DNA of 63,763 nucleotides, the filler included, from Octopus bimaculoides (taxonomy: Eukaryota), in assembly GCF_001194135.2 (NCBI RefSeq). It is 6 parts of 4 records of this genome, joined end to end, with 100 filler letters (N's around TTAATTAATTAA, not from the genome) between each part and the next. Parts side by side here need not be neighbours in the genome. Positions count along the whole stretch, not along the records: positions 1 to 31,250 come from NC_068981.1; positions 31,351 to 48,843 come from NC_068983.1; 4 more parts are not named here. One strand, written 5' to 3'. The notes under the pieces were generated by a model. It saw nothing but the letters and a program-made list of their open reading frames with translations. It searched no databases and had not been told where the DNA came from. Shown here piece by piece: positions 25,248-37,909 of this stretch; the first letter of the stretch is position 1; each line of letters opens with the position of its first letter. Made by a program: the position numbers and the translations under genes.

Positions 25248-27609
25248 CCCCCGCGCACACACATATCTATACATTGGTATAATTACACGTGTATATATGT
25301 ATGTATAGGCATTCACATGTATCATATGTTGGTGTGCGCGCCCAAGCGGGTGTATTTATGTCCGTGTGTACATTTGTGTAATATTATGTATTAATGATTA
25401 ATGTGACTGTTTCGTTAGAAAAGTGTGTGTCTATTGTTATGACGAAAGTGGCCTTATCTGGTATTTAGTCATTTAGTGGAAGATTAATCCTCAGTTAAAC
25501 TTCAAAATAAAGTAGATGTCTGAAAATGTCGCCTACGTTTCAAGGATTAAATTGTGTCCACCTTCAGACAAATTAAAGCCTATTAGTTTAGGTAGAAGAG
25601 AAAGAAATATATATCATGAAGAAAATTAGTTTATCATGAATACATTGTAATAGTTTATTCAGAGAAATGAGATCTTGAATAAATACTATTTGTTGCAAAT
25701 TTCTATCAAAACTTAAAGAGGCATCGTTTATTGTCAGCATAAACTTAATTGCGCATTAAATTTGAGATCGTGACATCCTCTCTCTCTGACTAGAATTCTC
25801 TCTCTGTCAAAATATTTGATTATAAACTAACGCATCTACGTTTACTTTTGTTATGTATGAATACATATTAATATATTTAATGTGGTTATTGAACAAAATA
25901 TTCAATATTCACATTATAGGCCATTTTCTTTTATATATAGAAGTATTTTTCTCATGATTATATCCTTCTGAACAAATTGTGTTTTATCTAGCAATTCTTT
26001 GACGACCATTTAAATAAATCACCATCTTCGCATTTTTAAGAAAACAAATGACTAAATTTTATTAGATTTCATGAATTGATATAATTCTTATTTTATATGA
26101 TGGCATCACTTGCAGTAAGTCAGACACTAAGAATTTAAAAATTGTCTTAAGTCAGCCTGATGCCTTGTTATTATGTCTTTTACTAATACGCGTGTTAGCT
26201 GTTTCGGTTTCTACAATTTATATGAAGTAGATGCATATACATTTTATTGTCAGAAAATGTATTTATAAATGCAAAATATTGTCTCACAATAAAGTTCACC
26301 TTAAAAACTATTTATTCTAATTTTCTCTTATTTTAAACGTAAAAGTGGCTTATTATTTTTTTTTAATAGATATAATATTTATTTCTTTTAACAAAACAGG
26401 TCGTCAATGTTTTTGTAACATTTACATCAATTTATTAAGAATCTTCTCAAAATGAATTCCGATGTGATACAGTTTAATCCATTACTCCTCCAAAATCAGA
26501 ATAAAGAACTGGTTTTAAGCTGAACATAATAAATCAATGAGATTACAATGAAGCCATTAGCAGCACGCTAAAAGTGTCATTTCATAAATCCGCTTACTTT
26601 ATATCCTTTCCTGGATTAACAATTTGTAATTAAAGTCATAATTAGTTTGACTTGGCTCAATGCCGTTGTTTGTAGTGTCGTGAGAGAAGCTATCTAATTG
26701 GTTCTAGTGTATATTTTATTTTTAATTATTATTATCGTCGTATCAAGATTGTATTTAGAATTGCCTGAGCTATATTCTTGGTGATATCACGTTAAATATC
26801 GACTGATTTTAATTTATAACAAAAGAGTAGAGATTATTATATCACATATAACATATCAGGAATAGAATATGTGATCCACTTTAACCCAAAGATGACTTTA
26901 TATATTTGCTGGTCATTTTATTGACGTTCGAAATATGAAAATCAAAATGTATTGCTGAACCATGTAGCTAATCTAATTTAATCAAATGAAGCATCTGTTC
27001 CAGTTCTCTAATATTTCAGCCGCTTCTACAACTACCACTTGAATACCATAATTGTAGGAATACTATTTTCGATGTAACTTGTAGATTATACGGAATAGTA
27101 AGTCTGGTCATATTTCTGTTAAACGTGATTTCGGCATTTCAAGCTCAGCATCATAATACTATGCGCGTTACGACAAAAGTTGGAACTGAAGTTTTAGCTT
27201 GCATGACTTTCAAAACTTTGAAATAATCGTACAAAAGATACATGAGGTTCGTATACCATTGCAAATTTTTTTCTTACATAATTTGCAATCGACAACCGCT
27301 CACATAACGGCGATTTCTTTATAACTGTGACAACGTACCGTATTCTCATTCTTAAGACTTTAAGTTGGTAACCCTCAAACTTGTCTCACCAAATAGTAAA
27401 TTGTTTTAATTTTCATTCCATTCGAGTTTTCAAAAATTGCTGTCATTGAAGAAAACCTTGGTACCAGCAGATACGAGTTAAACACGCGCGCGCACGCACA
27501 CACACACACACACACATATTTATATACACATCTCTCGCTCTCTCTATATATATATGTGTGTGTGTGTTTGTATTTGTGCACGCATTTGTGTATATTTTAT
27601 CTATTATCT

Positions 27610-27880
27610 TTTACTTGTTTCAGTCATCGGACTGAAGCCATATTGGATCACCGCCTTGAAGAGTTCGAGTCGAACGTGTTGATCCAGTATTTATTGATTT
27701 TTTTGTTTTGTTTTTAATTCTGCTACTTGTTCTATCGAGCCCTTTTGCCGAACTGCTAATTTGGAGGAATGTAAAATCTACACCACCTGTTGTCAAACAG
27801 TGGCGGGGGAAATTTAAGCACAAACACACAAACACACAAACACACAAACACACACATCTATACGACGGACATTTTTCTGA
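27610..27880 (-). mobile_element. SINE family A, diverged 3' half
   Basis: TTACTTGTTTCAGTCAT...TTTTGCCGAACTGCTAA...TTGTCAA is the reverse complement of the family A tail. Confidence 0.65.
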
Positions 27881-29860
27881 ATCCGGAATCATGTAACTGA
27901 GAAGCAATTAAGCAATTNNNNNNNNNNNNNNNNNNNNNNNNNNNNNNNNNNNNNNNNNNNNNNNNNNNNNNNNNNNNNNNNNNNNNNNNNNNNNNNNNNN
28001 NNNNNNNNNNNNNNNNNNNNNNNNNNNNNNNNNNNNNNNNNNNNNNNNNNNNNNNNNNNNNNNNNNNNNNNNNNNNNNNNNNNNNNNNNNNNNNNNNNNN
28101 NNNNNNNNNNNNNNNNNNNNNNNNNNNNNNNNNNNNNNNNNNNNNNNNNNNNNNNNNNNNNNNNNNNNNNNNNNNNNNNNNNNNNNNNNNNNNNNNNNNN
28201 NNNNNNNNNNNNNNNNNNNNNNNNNNNNNNNNNNNNNNNNNNNNNNNNNNNNNNNNNNNNNNNNNNNNNNNNNNNNNNNNNNNNNNNNNNNNNNNNNNNN
28301 NNNNNNNNNNNNNNNNNNNNNNNNNNNNNNNNNNNNNNNNNNNNNNNNNNNNNNNNNNNNNNNNNNNNNNNNNNNNNNNNNNNNNNNNNNNNNNNNNNNN
28401 NNNNNNNNNNNNNNNNNNNNNNNNNNNNNNNNNNNNNNNNNNTGTGAGTTTGTAAACATACGAGTACGTATGTATGGATGGCTTGATAGAAAGACTGAGG
28501 AAGTGACAGAGACAGAGATAAAAAGAGAGGGAATGATAGAAACTGATCGAAGGAGAAATGTAGGATTATAAAAATATGAGGAATGTAGGCAAGTATACAG
28601 AAAGTGAAACAACAATTTTACACTTTCAAAACCAGTCTGAAATTCTCTATAGAATGATGCAGCAGTTTTTTTCAAAATAGATCCCCCTTCTGCGTAAGTT
28701 AAATAATGGCTTTGAATAGAGTCTAGGAAATTTAATTTCACGGTTGATCAAGGCAGAGTTTTAGATCAACTTTCAAGTGTTGGTGGTAGTTTATATAATC
28801 ATGCTTCCAAGTACTTCATAGACGCCCTATGTCAACTGACCGAAGATAACTTTGAAAGAACTGACTCATCTAAGCTAATGAGCCTATGCACTTTTAAAAT
28901 GTAATCTGCATTCGTTAAATTCTGTTCGTATTTCTCTTGTCGATATGGCAGAGTAAGGAGGATACAATGAAAGACAGCAAAATTTGGAGAGAAGGGTAAG
29001 GCGCAAAATAGCGGAAGTATAAGTAGAGAGAGAGAGAAAGAGAAAACCATAGAATACGAGTAATGATGGACGAAATATTCACAATGAGTAACGGAAAGAA
29101 ACATGAGACTATGAAACCTATGCGGACAAGTAAAAGAAGACAGTTATTAAAAGAGAAAGAGAAAAAGAAAGAGGTTTGAAGGAAGACAGAAGAATGCAGC
29201 AAAGCATAAGGTAGGAAAGCAAATGTGCAGAGAACAATATACGTGCACAAATACGCACGCGCATACATCACAGGGAAACGCAGACAGATACATATATGTG
29301 TGTGAGTGTGTGTGTGTATATATATATATATATAAAATAAGCAACACGGATTTCAAAGGTGATTGCAGTACGCACGTTTCATGCTACTTCAATTTATTTA
29401 AGCAATGCGAGCATTACCTTAAATGCAATATGANNNNNNNNNNNNNNNNNNNNNNNNNNNNNNNNNNNNNNNNNNNNNNNNNNNNNNNNNNNNNNNNNNN
29501 NNNNNNNNNNNNNNNNNNNNNNNNNNNNNNNNNNNNNNNNNNNNNNNNNNNNNNNNNNNNNNNNNNNNNNNNNNNNNNNNNNNNNNNNNNNNNNNNNNNN
29601 NNNNNNNNNNNNNNNNNNNNNNNNNNNNNNNNNNNNNNNNNNNNNNNNNNNNNNNNNNNNNNNNNNNNNNNNNNNNNNNNNNNNNNNNNNNNNNNNNNNN
29701 NNNNNNNNNNNNNNNNNNNNNNNNNNNNNNNNNNNNNNNNNNNNNNNNNNNNNNNNNNNNNNNNNNNNNNNNNNNNNNNNNNNNNNNNNNATATATATAT
29801 ATATATATATATACATAAAGGCATGTATATACGTGTATACATATGATTATACATACATGC

Positions 29861-29914
<54 letters not shown>

Positions 29915-30104
29915 AGGGTACTAGAGATAGTACTAGCATGCTAAAATAGAAGTCAGAAACGATTTAAGACCAAAATCTTCTCTAAAACACAAAGGCGAAA
30001 TCGGGAGAAATGGGTAAAAATTACCTTAAGACCTCATACAAACCACGAAAAAAAATCGGAAATTGAAAAGCCAGACATATCCATATCGCAGCGATTTTAA
30101 AGTT

Positions 30105-30248
30105 TGGAATCGAACTCGGAATCTTGGGGTTAGCAGCCCGCGCTCTTAACCACTACGCCATATGCCCGTGGGCTATATGCCGTGGCGTAGTAGCTAAGAA
30201 CGCGCGCTACTAAACCCAAGATTCCGAGTTCGATTCCAGGCACTGACC

Positions 30249-30298
<50 letters not shown>
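30105..30298. mobile_element. Palindromic head-to-head tRNA-Ser-like element with (AAT)n tail
   Basis: 56-bp inverted arms at 30105-30160 and 30183-30238 (50/56 match), each with A-box TGGCGTAGTGG and B-box GAGTTCGATTCC. The left arm has GGGCTGCTAACCC (GCT anticodon loop). (AAT)n at ~30251-30298. Confidence 0.8.
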
Positions 30299-30510
30299 GA
30301 GAATTGGATAGAATGCTTTATGGCATTTGTTCTCCTTGCAGGCGGTGTCCAAATTCCTGCGCGGTCATGTTTGCTCCATTCTTTTGAGATCGATATAAAC
30401 GTACTAATCAAGGGTGGTAGACAGGTGCAACTAAAAGCGTGTGGGACGGGTGTCTAATGCTATTTCTTTCGGTACCCTGCGTTCTTTATTGATATCCGAC
30501 AATGACTTAC

Positions 30511-30651
30511 TTGGCTGGGAGACTTAATCCGTCACCCGGTTTAACATCACCACCTACCAACTTGGGTACTTTCAGATAAGTTCCCTCTTTTGGAAACATT
30601 CTGTCCAGCTCTTTTATCTGAAATTTACTTTCAAACGTCTCCTCCATAAAT
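30511..30651 (-). CDS. Candidate 141-bp phase-2/2 exon (FMEETFESKFQIKELDRMFPKEGTYLKVPKLVGGDVKPGDGLSLPA)
   Basis: Pyrimidine-rich acceptor ttctttcccgtcgtcctag, donor CAA|gtaagt, one fully open frame with non-repetitive protein-like composition. No family recognised. Confidence 0.4.
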
Positions 30652-31350
30652 CTAGGACGACGGGAAAGAATCTTGGGCAATATCTCCCCTCCTTACTTAA
30701 GGATAAAAGACACACCCTTAAACACATACACACACATTGAAATCATAATATTTGCCTCCACAGATATTAAACTTCTGAACAGAATATTACATTCGTTGAT
30801 TTAAAGGTTATATTTTCGTAGTTTAGAATGGAAAACCTGCTCACATTTTACTGAAATTTAATAAATATTGGCTAAACGCTGTGCTGTTGTTATTTTCTGT
30901 CGTAATAGAAGAAATTGTTTGGATTAGTCAATAGGGGTAATTTACAAATTATCCTACTGTCGGTATTTATGCCCCTTTGCATTTTGTATTCAAATCTAAC
31001 CGATGTCCGCTTTCGATTAAACTCTAACTTGAATCGGTAAAATAATAACGGTTATGCAAATAAGTGTGATATAAGTAAGCTATAACTCTTCCCTAAAATA
31101 CTCGGTAAAGATTTCGAAGTAGAAAAGAATGTCGCGTCTGTCTAACTCTTCTAAAACATCTGCAGGTATAAGTGTCTTTTATCTTTTATTTAGAGATGTG
31201 AATTAAAGCGTATATGCGCATGTATGTGTATACATGTATGTATATATATANNNNNNNNNNNNNNNNNNNNNNNNNNNNNNNNNNNNNNNNNNNNTTAATT
31301 AATTAANNNNNNNNNNNNNNNNNNNNNNNNNNNNNNNNNNNNNNNNNNNN

Positions 31351-31379
<29 letters not shown>

Positions 31380-31381
<2 letters not shown>

Positions 31382-31752
31382 CGCAGGAGTCGCTGTGTGG
31401 AACCAGCCACATGGTTCCGAGTTCAGTCCCATTGTGTGACACCTTCTACTATAGCCTTGGGCAAACCAAAGTCTTGCGAGTGGATTTGGTAGAGGGAAAG
31501 TGAAAGAAGCCTGTCGTGTATATGTATATATATGTATGTGTGTCTCTATGTTTGTGTGTCTGTGTTTGTATACCCAGCATCACTTGACAACCGATGCTGG
31601 TGTGTTTACGTCCCCGTAATTTAGCAGTTCGACATAAGTGACCGATAGAATAAGTAGTAGGCCTACAAAGAATAAGTCCTGGGCCGATTTGTTCGACTAC
31701 AGGCGGTGCTCCAGCATGGCCGAAGTCAAATGATTAAAACAAGTAAAAGAGT
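31380..31752 (+). mobile_element. SINE family A, full length
   Basis: tRNA-like head GGCGCAGGAGTCGCTGTGTGG, internal (TA/TG)n linker, tail ...AAACAAGTAAAAGAGTAAA. Confidence 0.9.
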
Positions 31753-31817
31753 AAAGGGTATATCTATACTATATATAAAACAGAGATGTGTGTGTAATCG
31801 CTTATCNNNNNNNNNNT

Positions 31818-33329
31818 TTGCAAGCAGTTGTCAATGAAAAGGAACCAATTCTGGTACAGGATCAAATGGATGTATACTAGCAAGTTCTTACATCTGTGGA
31901 CAATAACACTGGTGGGGTTTTCTTCTTAGATGCTCCTGGAGGCACAGGAAAGACATTATTGATCAACCTGCTCCTTGCCAAGGTGAGACAGAAGAAGATT
32001 GCTCTGGCTGTTGCATCCTCTGGAATTGCAGCCACACTCCTAACAGGTGGAAGAACAGCCCATTCAACATTCAAGCTGCCTCTGAACCTCATCCAAAATG
32101 AATCTCCTTTATGCAACATAACAAAGAATACAGCGTTAGCAAAACTCCTTACAAATGCCAAACTCATTGTCTGGGATGAGGCAACAATGTCCCATAAAGC
32201 AGCCTTTGAAGCGCTTGATTGAACACTACAAGACTTCAGAAACAATAAGATCATGGGTGGTGTCACCCTCCTCATGGCTGGTGACTTCAGGCAAACGCTG
32301 CCTGTCGTTCCCAGAGGAACCAGGGCGGATGAGCTGAGAGCTTGCATCAAGTCCTCATATATCTGGCAACATGTCAAGCAGCTTACTCTGACAACCAACA
32401 TGAGGGTTCACATTCATGGTGACCCGTTAGCCGCACAGTTCTCCAACAAGTTACTTGACATTGGAAATGGAAAACTTCCACAAGATCCAGAAGATAATTT
32501 GCATCATCTCCCATGTGGCAATATGAGTGCCTCCCTTGAAGAACTAAAGAGCAAGGTGTTTCCAAACATTGCCACAAACTACAAAAGTTACAAGTGGCTA
32601 TGTGAAAGAACAATTCTGGCACCAAGGAACGATTCTGTAGACAAGCTGAATTTGAATTTGTTAACTCAGCTTCCAGGACCTGAATCTTCATACAGATCGA
32701 TTGACTCTTCCTTGATCAACAACAGGCAACGCATTACCCAGTGGAGTTCCTCAATTCACTTCAGCCACCAGGATTTCCACCACACATTCTGATCGTGAAA
32801 ATAGGTGCTCCCATAATGCTATTAAGAAACCTTGATGCACCCAGACTCTGCAATGGAACAAGGCTGGTTGTTAAAACAGCCATGCCCCATGTGTTGGAAG
32901 CAACAATAATTACAGGCNNNNNNNNNNGCTCCCATAATGCTATTAAGAAACCTTGATGCACCCAGACTCTGCAATGGAACAAGGCTGGTTGTTAAAACAG
33001 CCATGCCCCATGTGTTGGAAGCAACAATAATTACAGGCAACATGATGAGTGAGAATGTCTTCATTCCAAGGATACCTCTCATTTCAAATGATCTCCCCTT
33101 TCATTTCAAGAGACTGCAGTTTCCGGTCAAACTTAGCTTTGCAATGCCTATCAACAAAGCACAAGGTCAATCTCTAAAGGTGGTGGGACTTAACCCCCTT
33201 CAACCTTGCTTCTCACATGGTCAGCTGTATGTTGGATGTTCTAGAGTTGGAGATGAAAATAACCTCTACATTCTCAGTGATAAGCATGGCAAGACAAAAA
33301 ACGTAGTATATGAAGAAGCACTTACATGA
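31818..33329 (+). pseudogene. Helitron RepHel PIF1-like SF1 helicase domain, inactivated
   Basis: Walker A FLDAPGGTGKT, ASSGIAATLL, GRTAHSTFKLP, WDEATM, GDFRQTLPV, LTTNMRV, ILAPRN, MLLRNL...LCNGTRL, RLQFPVKLSFAMPINKAQGQSL, FSHGQLYVGCSRV, KNVVYEEAL*. In-frame stops at ~31878 and 32220 and a frameshift near 32710-32740. Confidence 0.95.
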
Positions 33330-33513
33330 ATAGTATGTACATGTCATATACAAAAGTGTTAAAGTCAGTATTACTATTACACTTTCACTTTTCGACTGAC
33401 ATGCGTCAATGTATATCTGTGTATATGACAGTGAAACAATAACGTGGTATATTCGCAGTGTGAATTTTTTTCATTTAAGCCCCATTTTAATTATCGTAAA
33501 AGTTTCCAAGTAT

Positions 33514-33910
33514 AGGCGCAAGAGTGGCTGTGTGGAAAGTAGCTTGCTTACCAACCACATGGTTCCCGGTTCAGTCCCACTGCGTGGCACCTAGGGCAAC
33601 TGTCTTCTACTATAGCCTCAGGCCGGCCAAAGCCTTGTGAGTGGATTTGGTAGACGGAAACTGAAAGAATCCCGTCGTATATATGTATATATATGTGTAT
33701 GTGTGTGTTTGTGTGTCTGTGTTTGTCTCCCCAACATCGCTTGACAACTAATGCTGGTGTTTTTACGTCCCCGTAACATAGCGGTTCGGCAAAAGAGACG
33801 GATAGAATAAGTACTAGGCTTCCAAAGAATTTGTCCTGGGGTTGATTTGCTCGACTAAAAGGCGGTGCTCCAGCATGGCCGCAGTCAAATGACTGAAACA
33901 AGTAAAAGAG
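33514..33910 (+). mobile_element. SINE family A, full length, inserted in the Helitron 3' region
   Basis: GGCGCAAGAGTGGCTGTGTGG...GGTTCAGTCCC...GACTGAAACAAGTAAAAGAG lies between the helicase stop and the terminal hairpin. Confidence 0.9.
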
Positions 33911-33962
33911 TAAGTACCAATAAGCAACAATTTCATTCCCGGGCAACGCCGGNNNNNNNNNN

Positions 33963-33996
<34 letters not shown>

Positions 33997-34567
33997 ACCT
34001 TTACTCTTTACATATATATACATACATATGTATGTATGTGTGTATATGTATGTTTATATGTATGTATTGGCCACTAAGGGTATTAGAAAGTCCCAAATAA
34101 ATTCGACGAAGTTACCATACATTTTATATACATATTATTCTCGTTGCACACCCAAGCATAAAAGAGATTACCCAGACAAGTTCAATAGTTATTTGACCAG
34201 TTTTCAATGGATAAATACCTCCATTCCCCATGAAGATAATTGAATAGAAACTGCGACTTACATACATCAAACAAAGATTTGGGAGTAACTGAAACGGCTA
34301 GGCTAATTTGCATATCGTGCATTTGTCGTGCACATGTGTTCGATTTGCATGAAGGAAAAACAACAAGTATTTACATTTGTTTAATTTCTGCAGAGTAGAC
34401 AGTAAATCTGTAGCGTAGCTAAATGAAGTCTATCTCATAACACACAGATATATACACACAGGCACACATACACATATACACGCGTATGTGCAGGTACGTA
34501 TGTATGTATGTATGTAAGTATGTATGCATGTATGTATGTATATATGTTTGTGTATATATATATATAT

Positions 34568-34619
<52 letters not shown>

Positions 34620-34629
34620 NNNNNNNNNN

Positions 34630-34660
<31 letters not shown>

Positions 34661-34844
34661 TGTATGTGTGTGTCTGTGTGCGACGCGTGATTTGTGCGTG
34701 TGTATGTGTGTTTGTGTATGTGCGCACGTGCGTGTGCAAGTTTATGTACATGAATATATTTAGGTGCACGCACACATACATCTAACCAAGGGTATTCTGA
34801 AATAAAAGTGTCTATTCTAAATTTGGCAAGGCAGCGTAACTTAC

Positions 34845-34898
34845 AGTACTTTGCCGTCTGACACTTCAAAGATTCCCAGAAAGCCGTAAATAATTCTT
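34845..34898 (-). CDS. Candidate 54-bp symmetric exon (RIIYGFLGIFEVSDGKV or ELFTAFWESLKCQTAKY)
   Basis: CTAAC branch-like motif upstream of acceptor gtattttaacag; donor |gtaagt; two open frames. Confidence 0.3.
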
Positions 34899-35164
34899 CT
34901 GTTAAAATACATTTTCGCAGTTGGTTAGATATTAAAGTTAAATCAAGGGATACGTAAAAATGCCACAGCATATTTTTGGTAATTCACTACTTAATAAACA
35001 GTTTGCTTCACTTAGTTTAACCATTTCCTTTATCCAATATTTCTTCATCGCAGTCAATCCCCACATTGCGGTGGTTTGTTTCAGTTCCTTTTATTGTTGT
35101 TGTTGTTCTTACTTGTATGGCCACAGCTGAACTCTTGTAGTAGTTGTCACCGTTCTTCTTACGT

Positions 35165-35238
35165 CATCATCACCATTCTTATCATCCTCATCATGGTGCT
35201 CACGAGTTCGTTATCACTGTCGTCATTGCCTTCATCAT

Positions 35239-35279
<41 letters not shown>

Positions 35280-35281
35280 TT

Positions 35282-35324
<43 letters not shown>

Positions 35325-35460
35325 CGTCTTCCATATACGACGACCACCACCATCACCACCAACACCGCCACCACCACTGCCGCCACCACCACCGTCTCCG
35401 TCACCACCACCAACACCACCACCATTCTCGCTATCATGACCAACCTTCATATCATGACCA
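35165..35460. repeat. Compound trinucleotide microsatellite (CAT/CAG/CAC)
   Basis: Visible (CAT)n, (CAG)n and (CAC)n runs. Confidence 0.9.
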
Positions 35461-36475
35461 TTTCATTTCAAGCGTCAGTACCTGTGCCAAAAATGGCGGA
35501 TCTAACCTCTACGCGGTCGATCGATTTGTAAAACATAGCTGCCAAACTTCCCTCATATCGACACACTAGCCTGTGAAATATAGACAGTATTGTCTTTGAT
35601 CATAGGTTTCTACAGTCAGTTTTGACTTGGGGCTAAACATCAAGAAATCACAACTAACACAGTAATCATCCTCTTCCGCCTCCTTCTTGCCGTCGTCACC
35701 ATCCTCCTCCTCCTCCTCCTCCCCCTCCTTTCCGTTGACGTCATCACCGACTTCGTGAACAGTATATTATCTCCAGTTACTGCTATATCTGCGCTGTTAA
35801 GAAGTTCGTTTCACAATCTTGGGGCCTAGGATCCGATCTTACTGCATAGCATCTTGAGCAAGTGTCTTGCAATAGCTTGAAACATTTCTAGGTTTTCATG
35901 CACCGTTGTTGCTAGAAATTCTCCAGAAAAGAGCAAAATAGACTGATTCGTATACTTCTAATATAATCGGAGGGAGGTACAGTGAAAATTTGTAAAACAT
36001 TCCAGATATTTCCCAGTCGAGATTCTTGGGCGAACATATGCCCACATATAGATATAGAATACACGCATGCACACACATAAAGAGTAATGAAGTACGCACA
36101 CATACACATGACATACACAAGCAAAGACACACACATGACACACAGTATGTACGAATGTATTACACAAAATCACTAGACGACTGCAAATCTATCCACATGC
36201 CTCCACACGTATGTATACACAAATGAATTTAGATAACCGCAAACTGCAACAGATGTCTAGACTTAAGCAACAACAGCTTTCTCACTTGGTGCGTAACAGA
36301 CATGGATTCTGTAAAGGAAAAAGTAAGTTAGTAAAATCCAAAGAAATAACAATCATGTGTATATAGGCAAACATGATACATGAAAATTCTGAATGTTTAG
36401 GATTTCAAAAATAAAACGTGTGTGTATGTGTGAACGTGTGTGTGTATGTGCGTGTGCATGTGTATCCGTGCGTGT

Positions 36476-36520
<45 letters not shown>

Positions 36521-37909
36521 NNNNNNNNNNNNNNNNNNNNNNNNNNNNNNNNNNNNNNNNNNNNNNNNNNNNNNNNNNNNNNNNNNNNNNNNNNNNNNNN
36601 NNNNNNNNNNNNNNNNNNNNNNNNNNNNNNNNNNNNNNNNNNNNNNNNNNNNNNNNNNNNNNNNNNNNNNNNNNNNNNNNNNNNNNNNNNNNNNNNNNNN
36701 NNNNNNNNNNNNNNNNNNNNNNNNNNNNNNNNNNNNNNNNNNNNNNNNNNNNNNNNNNNNNNNNNNNNNNNNNNNNNNNNNNNNNNNNNNNNNNNNNNNN
36801 NNNNNNNNNNNNNNNNNNNNNNNNNNNNNNNNNNNNNNNNNNNNNNNNNNNNNNNNNNNNNNNNNNNNNNNNNNNNNNNNNNNNNNNNNNNNNNNNNNNN
36901 NNNNNNNNNNNNNNNNNNNNNNNNNNNNNNNNNNNNNNNNNNNNNNNNNNNNNNNNNNNNNNNNNNNNNNNNNNNNNNNNNNNNNNNNNNNNNNNNNNNN
37001 NNNNNNNNNNNNNNNNNNNNNNNNNNNNNNNNNNNNNNNNNNNNNNNNNNNNNNNNNNNNNNNNNNNNNNNNNNNNNNNNNNNNNNNNNNNNNNNNNNNN
37101 NNNNNNNNNNNNNNNNNNNNNNNNNNNNNNNNNNNNNNNNNNNNNNNNNNNNNNNNNNNNNNNNNNNNNNNNNNNNNNNNNNNNNNNNNNNNNNNNNNNN
37201 NNNNNNNNNNNNNNNNNNNNNNNNNNNNNNNNNNNNNNNNNNNNNNNNNNNNNNNNNNNNNNNNNNNNNNNNNNNNNNNNNNNNNNNNNNNNNNNNNNNN
37301 NNNNNNNNNNNNNNNNNNNNNNNNNNNNNNNNNNNNNNNNNNNNNNNNNNNNNNNNNNNNNNNNNNNNNNNNNNNNNNNNNNNNNNNNNNNNNNNNNNNN
37401 NNNNNNNNNNNNNNNNNNNNNNNNNNNNNNNNNNNNNNNNNNNNNNNNNNNNNNNNNNNNNNNNNNNNNNNNNNNNNNNNNNNNNNNNNNNNNNNNNNNN
37501 NNNTGTCTATTAAGACCTAAATTGTTCTCAACATGAAATATAGCAGCATACCAAAGCGTGAGCGGGCAAGACATTTAAAATCACCTAAAAAAGCATTCTC
37601 AAACTATATATATAGTTCTCGAATTTACAGAAAACAGAAGACAAAAACAGATGAAGGAATAACAAGCAGGTGTATTAGTTTGACAATTCGGAAAAATGGA
37701 AAAGTCGTTGAAGATTCGAGCCTACGGTCTTCGACTAAAAGGAATTAGAGAAAAGAAAGAAATTGGTGAGACAACGAAACGGAAAAAAAAAAAAAAGAAA
37801 CGGAGAGAGAAAAAATGTGTAGGGATTAACAGTTTAACGTGATATACACACGCATACATATACATATCTTTTTTTTTAAATCTTTTAATTGTTTCAGTTA
37901 TTATGCTCT

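Larger units (their letters stand above)
31763..33952 (+). mobile_element. Helitron with both termini; only the helicase domain is visible
   Basis: 5' A|TCTATACTATATATAAAA at 31762-31780; PIF1-like helicase inside; 3' GC hairpin CCCGGGCAACGCCGG at 33938-33952 directly before a gap, where the CTRR end is expected. Confidence 0.85.

Noticed and set aside
31295-31306. TTAATTAATTAA islands inside N-runs (also 48888, 52725, 57156, 62646)
   Set aside because: Identical 12-mer centred in ~100-bp N spacers with stops in all six frames: an assembly linker, not biology.
32807-33038. 111-bp direct duplication in the helicase (32807-32917 and 32928-33038)
   Set aside because: Identical copies on either side of a 10-N gap: an unmerged contig overlap.
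36286-36308. 23-bp minus-strand micro-exon with good splice signals
   Set aside because: The plus strand reads RHGFCKGKS, like the CR1 RT motif QHGFxKGKS, so an old LINE remnant is as likely; unresolved.
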